From positions 163,308,001 to 163,372,000 of the forward strand of contig JBITNC010000001.1 in NCBI GenBank assembly GCA_050084985.1: 64,000 nucleotides of DNA, in the 5' to 3' direction. How positions within the stretch are numbered: position 1 is the stretch's first letter; each line of letters begins with the position of its first letter. Below the pieces are notes generated by a model. It was not told where the DNA came from. It worked only from the letters and a program-made list of their open reading frames with translations, and searched no databases. The position numbers were made by a program, and so were the translations under genes. The stretch comes from Nageia nagi. Lineage: Eukaryota > Plantae > Pinophyta. Shown piece by piece: positions 51,923 to 64,000 of this stretch.

Positions 51923-52394
51923 TAATGATGATTGGTTAGTTCCATTAGGTCATCCTTCAAGAGTCCAAGGCCAACATCATAATTGGGCTCACTATGATTG
52001 AGCTCAAGTGCCTTGGGTAACTAAGGAAGGTGTAGCTTGAAATCATTCTTCCATTTGGAAGAATGCTTCTAGGCTAGCACTATTTTTTAAAATATATGAT
52101 AACTTTGTGCCAATTTTTAACCATCACCTACACCTATAAAGCAACAACTTAAATTGCCACCTTGAAAAAATGAGGTGGGTTTAAGTGATGTTATAGCTGC
52201 TCGCATTGTTTAATATAGTGGTAGTTTATACCCACTACTATATGATATTAGAAGGTAATTGTAGGTGATATATATCAATGATTTTTAATTGCTATCATAA
52301 AAGGGGGACTTTTGGTTGCAGGTGGAAAAGTGCCAGTGAATATGATAAGTAGCAATTTAAAACTACCCCCAATAGCCCTTTTTATCTAGTGAAC

Positions 52395-55300
52395 TTACAA
52401 ATTTCCCTTTATTAAAACATCCACTAACTAATATCCCCTTCACTAAAGGGATTGATCATCCTATCTATGATTTTCCCACTAAAAATCATTGTTAATTATC
52501 CAACCTTTCTCCTACAAAAGAAATTCATTCCATTAATCCTCCCCTTAACCAAGTAAATTACACTAATTGCATATACTTTGATAAACCCTTTATCAACATG
52601 ATCAACATCCATAACCAACATTATCTATCATACATGAATCTCAACCATCATCCCAATATATGAAAATCCATGATGATTAATTAAGACCACCTCTCACATC
52701 AAAGTTTCCTACTTCTTATATGGATACACCCTCAAAACCCAACACTATCCATATCCATCTCTTCATAGAGCCATATTTTCAATACTTAAATGTCTTTTCA
52801 AACCCACTTTTTGTAGACTCCTCTCCATACAATACCTATTCATAAAATGCACACCAATATTCAAACAAATACAAATCACCCTATCTAAAAATAGAACATA
52901 ATATTTATCCATACCATCATACACATCATTTTAAAACCTATCATGTTGTGACCTATAATTATGACACCTATTCTAATCCCATCCTAATTTCCAAACCCAC
53001 CCATTACCTCTCCTTTTCAAGTGACCTATAATATCACATGAATAATTACCCATCCTTGTTAATGGAATAATTACATTATATCCTTTTTGAAACAACTATT
53101 ATATCAACATTATCATCATCTATCCTTACTAGGGTACCTACCATGCAATAACATCATCACCCATACCTATTTGGGGACTAATGATACTAACCACCTCCTC
53201 TCTTCTGTCTAAACTTCCTCCTTCCTCTTTCTCTAATTCATTATTATATTCGAATCCTTCTTCTAGGACCTCCAATCCTTTTACTCATCCATCTTACCTT
53301 ATAATTTTTTCTTCTTCATTCACTTCATCTTTTAATCATTCAATTCCTTCATCCACTCCTCCTTCCAAGTATATCCTTTATAATTCCTCTCCTAACATTC
53401 TTCTTATCCTACATCTCCCCATCATGGGACTTGATGGGGAATAGAAATGGACTCATTTTAGCATATAAAATCCCATTAAAAAACCACCTAGGGATACTTT
53501 AGTAAATGATAATACATTTTTTATATATGTAATTAATCTAAATATTTATAAGATACTATATTTTGTTACTAGTTAATAATTTCATGTTTTAGAGACTTTA
53601 TATTACTAATATTTGTTATAATGAAAGGCATTTGCAATACAGATTCTTCTAGCACTTCTCTTAAAGACCAAGGCCACATGAAAAACCTAATTTTGGCTTA
53701 TGTTAAGAGAATGAAAATATAATATTTTATGCTAAAGTATTTTAGAGAGAATTCATTCTCTCTATTTCACAGGTGTATGGAATCTTGTATCTCCATATTT
53801 CACATGTTGTCCATAAATGGAGCCTTCTCAACTCACAAAAAATGTGGACTCTATTTGTGAATGGATTTAGTGCCATAATATGAAATAAGAGAAGAATATC
53901 TCTCACACATTCCAATCAAGAGTTCCAAAGAAAGTCATAATTTCTCCATGATCTTTGCAACAAGGAATTTGAATTAAAGAAGATGATGTAGTAGAAGATA
54001 AGGAGGAGAACTAGGCATATTCTTGGGATGTATCTTTCCTTTATTTGTAAGATACAAAGTGGTTGGACTTGGAGAATCATTTTGTTTGGATCTTCAATAG
54101 TAAATACTAAGGCCTTGTGGGAAATATTTGAAGATTATTCACAACCAACTTTGTAAGCATTGTATGGATTGTATAGTTGTGTTGTAGAATCTAGGTTATG
54201 CCAACAATAATGGGCTATTAGAGTTTAGTTACAACCATAGGATTATATAAAATCCTTGTGATTAGAAAAAAAGGTGTGTGTAAGGATAAATATTTATAAA
54301 GCAATGTTATTCAAGTCCTACTATGAGAAAAATACGAATCAATAAAGAATAAATTTTCTCAAGATTTTGAGTTCTACTTGTAGGTGTTTTGCTAATTCAA
54401 GTTTTGCCTCCTTCAATTTGTAGAGTCAGCCTTGCATTTATTTATTATTTTTTTAGTTCATATTTATGAAAATAGCTTGTATTATGTTCCATAATTTATC
54501 ATTGTAAATACATTATTACCCATATTTGTATAATTTATCCATCATTATTTCCATTAATATTATGTTTTATTAAGGCCTTATTGCAATTGCTATGTTTATA
54601 TATCCTTTCCTTCAATTTTCTTAGTATTTATTTCCTTTTCAAGAAATTTATAATTTCTAGTAGATAAACACATAATGGAGTACAATTTGCCCATGTATAG
54701 TCATAGGAAACCAAGCTTATATTGAGAAAATTAAATGGTGGATTGAAAACCCATCAAAACCTCCTGCTCTCTTCAATCTCCCTTAAATCTTTTATCCCCC
54801 AGTTCTTCCCTTTTCCTTTATTCCTATTGTAATAATCCCCCTTAACCACTTCTAATCCTTCCTCTCTGAATCTCAACATGTATTTTAATCCCCCCTCTAC
54901 TGATCATCCTCTTCCCTTACATCCTTTTCCCATCAAGGCCCCCTACTAACATCTCATCATTTCATTCATAAGTGTTCTATTCTATGTATTCTAATACTAC
55001 ATCTCCCAACCAATCTACCAATTATTACTTTAATCCTTCCTCTCCTTATCACAAAATACCCTTCAATACTCCCTTTTATAAACATTATTATTCCACTCTG
55101 CTCCTTCACTCCCACATCTTCCAACTAATCCAATAATCATTCATTTACTTCTTCTTCCTTCTAGAGAATATACTCTATTTTTCATTTTCCTATTGTAGCA
55201 TATCCTCTATCCATTACTCTAATCATCCTTTTACATCTTCATCACCTTACACAATAACCTTTACCAATTCTTCCTTTGTATAACCAAGATGTATCTTCAC

Positions 55301-55690
55301 ACTCTTCCTCCTCTTAGCTATAAGACTCCATTCATACCATCCATATGATCCTTCTTTCACACATCCTCCATCAAAATTGGTTTAAGCATACACCTCATAT
55401 AATCATCACCATAATTAACACCATTATGTACATAGAAAATCATCTTCCTTGAAATCACCATCACATTTAAATCCTTTAAAAAAAGAAAAAAATTCAAAAT
55501 CTTAATATGTCCTCAATGTTTTTTATAACTTGATTATAAAGAAAGAGTATCTAATATAATGGTCAAAGGTTTCAACTCCTCCTTTCATATCTCCACCTAC
55601 ATTATTGCCATACTTATATTTTTATATCATCCTTTTAGTCTACCACTATCCATATAATCACACCCCTTTTATAGTCATAATGAGTCTTAT
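52395..55690 (-). mobile_element. Degraded LINE-like sequence, continuing after the CACTA insertion, interrupted ~53460-54650
   Basis: C/T-rich plus strand; NFD-like RNase H remnant at ~52700; segment 53110-53170 resembles 45520-45580. Confidence 0.45.
53622..54415 (+). mobile_element. Possible isolated LTR
   Basis: TGAAAGGCA...TGCCTCCTTCA termini and an AATAAA signal at ~54341; no TSD found. Confidence 0.3.
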
Positions 55691-57599
55691 ATTTGACCAA
55701 CAAGTTTAGCTATGTGACTTATTTTGGGAGCATAAAATTATAAATTTCAACATCTATCATAATTCAAGTTAGGTGTCTGTTGTGTCATGAATAACCAACC
55801 CTAGTGGAAATAACACATACAAATCATGAAAAAATCTAGATGCATAAACAAGGCAAAGTCATTTTTCCCCAAGAACCTTAAAGTCATATCTATATAAGGA
55901 AAGGGACATACTCAATGCAAAAAAATTCATATATATCTCTCAAAATAATTTCAATTTGTAAAAAATATATGAAACACCAAAATTCCCTCTCTCTCTCTAC
56001 AAGGATTAAAACAAATCAAAGTTATCCTTTATATTATAAATAGTCTCTAGAAGGCTAAGATGGAGAAAGGAAAAGGGCATACAACTAGTTGTTTGTATAC
56101 ATCTATCTAAAACTAATATTGTAAAATAAAATCCATATCTCCTTACACCATCTAAGAGAAAATGATACGAGTCCAAAAAATAAAATCAAACATCCCTCTT
56201 TTAATTTTCTAAGTGAAAAATAAATCATCTAAAAGCAAAGCCAAATTTAAAACACCAAAGTAGAAGCTAAGGTAAAAGTACAAATTCAAAAGTAGTCCAA
56301 TATTAATAAGACCTCAAAAAATCAATAAATAGATATAATGTAATAAAAAATTCCATAAAGTAAATCCAAAGGTGTGTTTCTCCCTCAAAAGTAAGTAAAT
56401 TAAGTTACATGTTCATCTAACCCTAATCATGATACAAGGAAGATTGATGAGTCCAAACCCCTTGGGAAAATCAACTAATTAAATGTTTTAAGTTGAAATA
56501 TGATACTTATGCCTACATCCATATCATATCATTACACCTCATTTCCTTTTCCTATCCTTGTTATCAACCTTTTATCATTAAGTTTCGAACATGCATCTTA
56601 ACATGACCAACATCTTCATAAAATTTAGAACATGTCATAAACATAATTAAGCATTCAATCCCTAAAATAATAAAAGAAGAAAAATCAATCCCAAATCACC
56701 CCAACATATTTACTTCATCATAATACTTCGGTTGTCAAGGTTTCCCTCTCATTCACCTTATTGTTAGTTTTTTACTACATAAGAATAGTCTCCTTTATCC
56801 AATATGGGGTAAATATTTTCAATCAAATTTTGTACCAATAATCCTCAACCCTTCTCTATTGGAGTAAAGGTATAACACCAATTACACCTTAATCATTGTG
56901 ACATCTTAAGCTCTCACATCACCATCATCGCAACATCTTATAAGCTCACACATCATTATGTTAAACACATAATTTATGTTTTATGCATTGTTTGTTGAAA
57001 TCATCATGTTCCTAATTGGCCTATCTAAAAGTATTCTTAATCTAGTTCAATCTTTCTCTTCTACATCACATCATCTTCATATCTTTATCAAGCTACTCAT
57101 TTATGTTGTATTTTTTATTCCCCATCAACTCATCACTTGAGGGGGGATAAAACTCATCAAATCATCAATACCCATCCTTGGGATACCCCAATGATCACAT
57201 TCAATCATCAATGTAATCATAATCAATATGTTTGTAAATATTTTTGCATTATAATATAAATATACAACATAACATATAAAGGTGATAAATGTAGAAATTA
57301 AAATTAGACACAATAATCCTCACATTAGTATACATTAACTATTAAATTAATTATTAATGTAACAATACACCTTACACCACATTTCCACATCATTTCTACT
57401 TCACTCTCCACATCATCAAAGCATTAACTAATTGTAAAAAAAAAAAAATAAAATCCCTATCATCACCCACATAACCATATTTCCCTATAATTTTACCATT
57501 AAAATCCCATTCATAATCTTACACTTGAAAAGCTTGCTATTTCGTAAGGCCAAATCTATTCTCAAGTTCTTTTTGTGTATATTTTAGGTCTAAAAAGTA

Positions 57600-59420
57600 T
57601 ATTCTATTACCTCAAGCCAACAACCTCACAATTATTAACTTATAATTATTAACACCCTTTAGAGGAATGGTTGATTAAAGCTCAATAAGAGAAAAAAATA
57701 AATCTATAGGGCATCCTAAATAGGAGATATTAGTTGAGGAAGGAATATGATACAATAACATGGGAGTATGGACAACTAGGGATATTTTTAGTGAAAATAG
57801 GTTACAAGGCTACCATGTCCCCCTCACTTGAATTCATATGCAAATATGTTGGCTCTAACTATGTCATTCCAATGGATGGATAAATATAAACTTGTTCTCC
57901 TAATGGGTATCCCATAATGGAATCTTAACTCAATATAACTTATGTTGTAGAGGGTTCTTAGGTCCCAATTATTGTATAATTTATAACCAAAAAGAGGAAT
58001 CAATTTCCCACCTCCTTGTTGAATGTTATTTTTCTAAAATAATGTGGAGAGTGTGGAATGGAATCTTAAACCATGAGAAGATTTTAATCCTAACCATGGA
58101 TTCATTATAGGACTATTATATGACCAAAAAATTTAGATCTAAAAAATTCAAGATAACCTAGGCTTTAGAATTGGGTTTCACTTAGTGGTAGATATAGATA
58201 AATAAGAATGGAAGAACCTTTAATGAATAAATTAAACTAATGTATATAATTTAGGGAAAATTATCAAGGAAACTTATATAAAATTGGATATTAAACTTCC
58301 TATGGAAACTCAAGTACCTAAAAATAAGGCATGCATCTAGGCAAAATTGAGTAATGTGGACTATTAGAGAACTTAGGAGGATACAAGAATGACTAGTTAG
58401 GATTAAAGAGCTTAAAAAATGCAAGATAATGATGATGATAATGCAAAAGAATAACTAGATTTTATTTTTTTTTATCATGGAGTACTACCTAGAATTGATA
58501 GAAAGTTATACAATGAGGAAATATCATCCTAGGGAAATCTAGAAATCCATTTTTGAAGAGGATAGATAGAAAAAATATTCAATATGATCTTTAAAGATAA
58601 TAAATATATATATATTTTATCTAGGTTAGTAAAGAAAAGATGTTAATTCTTATATTAGGACTATCTAACAGATACAAGTCGCTAGGCACCATACTATAAT
58701 AAGAATCTCTTTGATAAATATATTTTTAACCTTTTTACTTAAAGAAAAAATATGGATCATAAGAAGAAATGATATGATAATTTTGATTTTGGTGAAGATA
58801 TACTAGTAACTTGATATGATATACTTTACACATCTAAGTTATAAATCAAAACATTTGATGATACAAATCCTCAAGGTTAGATAGCTAAAGTTATAAAATA
58901 ATTTATATGGTTACATTCATTGTTATACCAAATTGTACAAAGTATATAATCATTAAATGAAAAAAGAATTTTATTATTAATTTAAATGAATGGGATTATG
59001 AGACATATAAAGAAATTCTAAAATGGAAAAAATAACTATAGGTTCAATATTTGAGAGAAACAACTAAGGAGAGGGAATACTACCAAAATATGAATGAAGG
59101 TTTCTCATAGAAAATAAAAAGTTCATCAAAAAATTCAATAAATATCTATAAAAAATGCACAATGTTGATTCTAATTTGGGTTTTGATACTAACATGATGA
59201 ACAATTACGTACACCCATAAAAAATAGTCAAGGGGCCTTACACGCATTATGATAGTACTAGGTATAAAGAAGTAGAGGATATAATGAAGAAAAAGAATAA
59301 ATAATTTATTATGATATAGTAAAAAATGAATAAGATATGGATAATTAGGATATAATTAATCATTTAATCATGATGATTATTATGGTAAAGTGGAGGATTT
59401 CATATATGGATTTTCAAGCT
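57600..59420 (+). mobile_element. Very degraded retroelement-like region with a gag remnant
   Basis: SKL*IKTFDDTNPQG*IAKV at ~58835-58900 resembles the gypsy gag motif PK....FDG.NP..W..K. Confidence 0.35.
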
Positions 59421-59919
59421 ATTTTCTCCATGCATATCAAGAATTTAGTTTATGATCTTAGTTAGGGTTCATTTTTTCCACAAATATTTGCTAATAAGTG
59501 AATTTTAAAGATTATTGAAATTGAAAATGGTAATTTTTGAGAGTTACAAAAATACCCACATCACCAAAAGTTTCTATTTTTTTAAAAAAATTTCAACCTT
59601 GATCGCCAACACAAATTCATATTTTAAATTAAATTTTTATTTTTTTGTCAACATTTAAAAATATAAAATGACCTATTTTGCCTAGAAATTATAAATTATT
59701 ATTTAGATTTGAAATAAATACCTAATTTAAATACCTTAATCTAAATTTGATTTAGATATTATTTTAAACATTTGTTGTTATTTGCTTGCCTTAGAAGACT
59801 TGAATGATTGGAGCCAATGTATAAACATAGGATCTTAAGATAGTTGTGAGTATTTGGTGAGACCTTATTCTCATTCTATTTATGTTTTGTAAGATTTTAA
59901 AATATATTTTACAATATTC

Positions 59920-60210
59920 CATTGATCAAAGGCATTTTTGTTACTGAATGGAGATAGAATGCCATTGAATAGAGGTAGAATATCATCAAACAGAGTAATT
60001 ATTACCTCCATTCGATGGTAGGGTGCCTCCATTAGGTGGTAGTCTACCATTGTTTAGGGATAGTATACCATAGAACGAAGATATAATGACATCAAATGAT
60101 GGTACTACCTCCATCTGATGGAGTTCTACCTTTTTTTAATGGCATTTTACCTCCATTTGATGATAGTCTATATTCATTTGTAATCATCTTGCCTTCGTTT
60201 GATGGTAGAA
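59920..60210. repeat. ~21-bp repeat array in direct and inverted orientation upstream of hAT transposase
   Basis: Consensus TACCTCCATTCGATGGTAG..; inverted copies such as GAATGGAGATAGAATGCCATT. Confidence 0.8.
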
Positions 60211-60497
60211 TGAGAATAAAATTTTTGTTTCATGACATAATTGCAAGTACAATGGAATCTTGGAACAATAAAAAAAGGGGAGGCAAAAAGGGTATATTAT
60301 CTTATTTTTGGCATGGAAAATCACAAAATGAAATAACTCAATGAGCATATTCAATTAATATAGATACTTATCTGTAATCTTTTATGTAAGACTTACAATT
60401 CTAAATGTATATTTTGATATATTTAAAATATAATTTAAAGGTTGAATTATAAGAGATATCCCTTCATCTTTGATATGTACAAAACCCTAATAATCAT

Positions 60498-61963
60498 GTG
60501 CCACCTGATGATGATAATATTTTTGTTGCAATTGAAGTACAACCACTTGCAATAGAGTACCCTACAAATGAAGCACTTGCACATGATTATATTCCCAAAA
60601 CATATACCAAAAAATCTTTAAAAAAGTTTATAGAGAAATCTAAGCACAAGTTGAAAAGAAAAAGAAGCACAAAAAGGACTATTGGAAGAGCTTTTCAGGT
60701 TGTCTAAGTGAAAAATTATCCATTCATTGAACCAATAAATCTAAGTAATGGAACTAATCAAATAAAATACACATATAATATATATTTTTGGGCAAAAAAA
60801 AGGGAACACTGAATGCAACTAAAATTGGACACAATCCAAATATATTTTGGTAAAGTATATTACAAAAAAATAGATGAAAATGGATAAATAAATAGGTATT
60901 GTAGGGATAAAACTGAAGATGAATGCAATCATTTAAGATATTAAAAAATAAAAATAAAAATACATGAAGGAAAAATAAGATCTACAAGAGAAAGGTGGAA
61001 CACTAGCAACACATTTTGAAAAAATTACCAATGTAAAAAAGTTAGCAAAATTTACCCAATTATGTACTATCTTTCATATTCTTAAATAGGGAAAGCCTTT
61101 TTATGATTTTATAAATTTTAAATTTTATATCAACGGGTTGGATTATAAAACATACTGCAAAAACATTGGTTAGAGATAAGTTCTTGGGAAATGGAAAAAA
61201 TGTTTTTCAATGGTTGAGATTGAGAATTTAAAAAAAAGTTTAAAAAAATACAATTTATCTCACTTTCACTTGATGAGGTTACAACAATAAATAATACTTT
61301 ATTGGTTTGCATGCATATTTACAGTTTTGAGAATTATTGTAAGCAACTTTATCTATTGAATGTTCATAAAATGGAAGAAAATTGCACTATAGAAAATCTT
61401 TACAAGTTAGGTGTTTCCAACTTAAAAGATTTTGTTGGAATGGATGACTATGCAATTGCTATGAAATTTATATGTTGAAATAGATGGTGCATATGTAATG
61501 CAAGCTAATCAAAATGGTCTTTGTATTAGATTACAGACTACAATTTCTCTTTATATGATTCCCATTCATTGTATGGCATATAGAATGAACCTTGCATATA
61601 AAATTAATAAAACTATTGTAAATGTTTTAAGACTGGAAGAGATAATTCATGACTTACATGTATATATTGTAAGAAGTCTAAAAAGTTATAAGGATTTTAA
61701 AAATTTATCTATTGGAAGGAATGATGGAAATAAGCTTTTAAGAGATGTTGATACAAGATGGATTTCATTATATGAACCTAAAAAAAGAGTTTTACTTGAA
61801 TATCCATATTTAACTAGTTATATGTTTGAACACTATAATGCAGTTGATAAAGCAAAAGATTTATTGTACCATTTGACATATTTTAAAATATTGTTGACAT
61901 TATGCAGTATTCTATCAATATTATAGGAAATGAATAGTTTAATTAAACATGCCCAAGAAAGAT

Positions 61964-62004
<41 letters not shown>

Positions 62005-62860
62005 TTTATATCTTTGAGAAATACAACTCAAGATAATTTTAATGGTCCTTTATTTCGAAGATGGAAAACTTTGATCAATGTTAAAGATCCAAACATTTTT
62101 TTAAAATTTAATATTTATGATCACCTTTGTATAGAATTTAAAGGTTAGTTGATACCATTGCATGTTCAAATTCGAAGAGATTTCGTTAGAGTAGAATATG
62201 AAGATGTACAAGTAAATCATTTTCTATTTGATAATTGTATTTCTAAATTATAGATTAGTTTGAGAAATATTTCCATGACCTTATCTAACGAAAGTCATGA
62301 ACACTTTCAAAGAGATGATTTACTAAAATCAATGGCTGTTGTAAATCCTAAATTTTGGAATACAAATAATGGTGGAGAGTCAATTCATGATTTATTTTGC
62401 AAGTATATGGTACTTCTTGGATCATATTTTAGTTCACCTATAGAAGTAAATGGAATAAAAGTTAATGATATTCTAAATAGAGTTACTGATAAAATAAGCC
62501 TACCATTTTTGACTTGCTATGATTGATCAATACTCATTATTAATAGAATCAGTAGAAAATGGTGCCATTAAATGTCTTTCAATAAAACATTATCCTAGTA
62601 CCATTCTTAAAGAAAGTATTAGTGAGTACTTCATATTATATGAATTGTGTCAAAAAATGATTTTGGGTTCTTTTGAAGATGAAAGAGTATTCAATGATTC
62701 ATCTTTTATTAAATCTAAACTTTGAAATAAATTGGGAAAAAAATTGAACACATGTATTATATTATATGTCTCCCCTTATATAGTGGATTCTTTTCCCATA
62801 GACAAGGTAGTCACTATTTGGTTTTCTCTTGCACAATTGAGAGGTTTAGAAAATAATGAA
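60498..62860 (+). pseudogene. Degraded hAT transposase of ZNF862/DUF4371 type
   Basis: FISLSLDEVTTI; DGAYVM; IPIHCMAYRMNLA; LLRDVDTRWISL; LGSFEDERVF..FIKSKL*NKL; many stops and frameshifts. Element may start near TAGGGTTC at ~59463; ends not established. Confidence 0.85.
61966..62001. repeat. (AT)n microsatellite inside the hAT transposase
   Basis: ~18 perfect AT units. Confidence 0.95.
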
Positions 62861-64000
62861 GAGAATGTTCCAACATAAACTTACACACAAAAAAAAGGCA
62901 AGAAAATAACATGTTTTTGAAGGGTTTAAGTTTCAAATACTTGAATTATAGTTAGATATTTTTCATTTTATTTTACTATGATGAAATTTGTTATTGATAA
63001 TGATCAAAATTATTTATCAAAATTGTTGATCAAATTGGTTATCCATATGGATTTCATTTTTGAAATTGAAATACATGTTATTATTGCTTTATAATTTCTT
63101 TTACTCATTTCTATGAGATGTGGATAGTTTTTCAAAAATTTAAAATTTTTTACTTTTATTCAAACATAAAAATTCAAACAAAGCATTGTAAATATTCACA
63201 ACATTTTGAAATTTTTTTTAATAAGCCATTTTAAAGAAATCATTTTCATATAAAGTATTTAAAATTTATTCTTCATCAATACATATCATCATAAAATTCA
63301 AACACAAAAATGCAAATACTCACAACATGAATATGTTTAATAAATATTTTAATTCATATATAAATTATGCAAAATGTATAACAAGGATTTACACAATTTC
63401 ATCCAACATTGTAGTATATATAAAAAATAAATGAAACTATTATCCACTGGTAATGAAAGAAAGTGTCAAATACCATTTAATGAACATTTCCAAATGAAAA
63501 ATTTTCTCTTATAGGAACCACTGGATATGTCCCTTCCCTCTCATCCTCTAGTGAAATGCCAACAACATTGGTTGTTTACTCAAGATTTCACAATATTGTT
63601 CATTCTCCTATATATGCATTAGCTATTGAAAGCAAACTTGTATCAATATAAGTTTTCTCTTTCCATAATATTTTAGTATCAAAGCCATGGTATTTGATTA
63701 TCATACTATAATCATATTTCATTCTTCATAAAATCTCCATTTCATCTTTCATTTGTATGGTGATATTCACACTTTTCTTTCCTTGTTTCAAATGAATCTT
63801 TAACACCTGAACATCTTTCTTCATTTTTTCATATATTTCCTACAATCCTAACAAAATAGAAATATTAAAACCCATTAAATTTAAATTTATGAATTTATAA
63901 AAAATGTATTTGAATCTTACCTCACCTTGTTCCTTCTTTCCATTTGTAATCTCCACTAAATTTTTATCTCTCAACCAAAGGTCATAATAAGCTTGAGATT

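Larger units (their letters stand above)
45979..52391. mobile_element. Non-autonomous CACTA (En/Spm) element, 6413 bp, carrying PPR gene fragments (Pack-CACTA-like)
   Basis: Left end CACTAGACCAAAAATGGACTTTGGGG; right end rc CACTAGATAAAAAAGGGCTATTGGGG; identical 3-bp TSD AAC (45976-45978, 52392-52394). Subterminal TTAACCAYC/AATTGCCACC-like motifs at both ends. No transposase seen. Confidence 0.88.

Noticed and set aside
51795-52001. 68-aa ORF with HT/CV/YI runs
   Set aside because: Translation of the microsatellite.
57524-59418. CTTGAAAA/TTTTCAAG as TIRs of a DNA transposon
   Set aside because: 8-bp AT-rich match with no TSD; likely chance.

Overview
AT-rich, TE-dominated plant nuclear DNA; the long TE-filled intron and the PPR repeat style suggest a conifer/gymnosperm (inference). 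The only intact host coding sequence I can support is the last two exons (8765-8940, 9078-9180, +) of an RluD/RluA-family RNA pseudouridine synthase. Everything from 1 to 8764 appears to be one intron holding two antisense hAT transposons and Ogre/Tat-like LTR remains. 11.9-41.9 kb is a nested LTR-retrotransposon stack: non-autonomous gypsy-like element A with relative B inserted in its LTR, chromovirus C with copia D in one LTR and a copia solo LTR in the other, and copia E. Degraded L1-type LINE sequence follows. It is interrupted by a 6.4-kb non-autonomous CACTA element (45979-52391, TIRs plus exact AAC target-site duplication). This element has no recognisable transposase and instead carries a scrambled, partly fold-back mosaic of PLS/E-class PPR gene fragments, the most unusual object in the window. 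A ZNF862-like hAT pseudogene lies at ~60.5-62.9 kb. All boundaries were read by eye; no alignments or searches were run.
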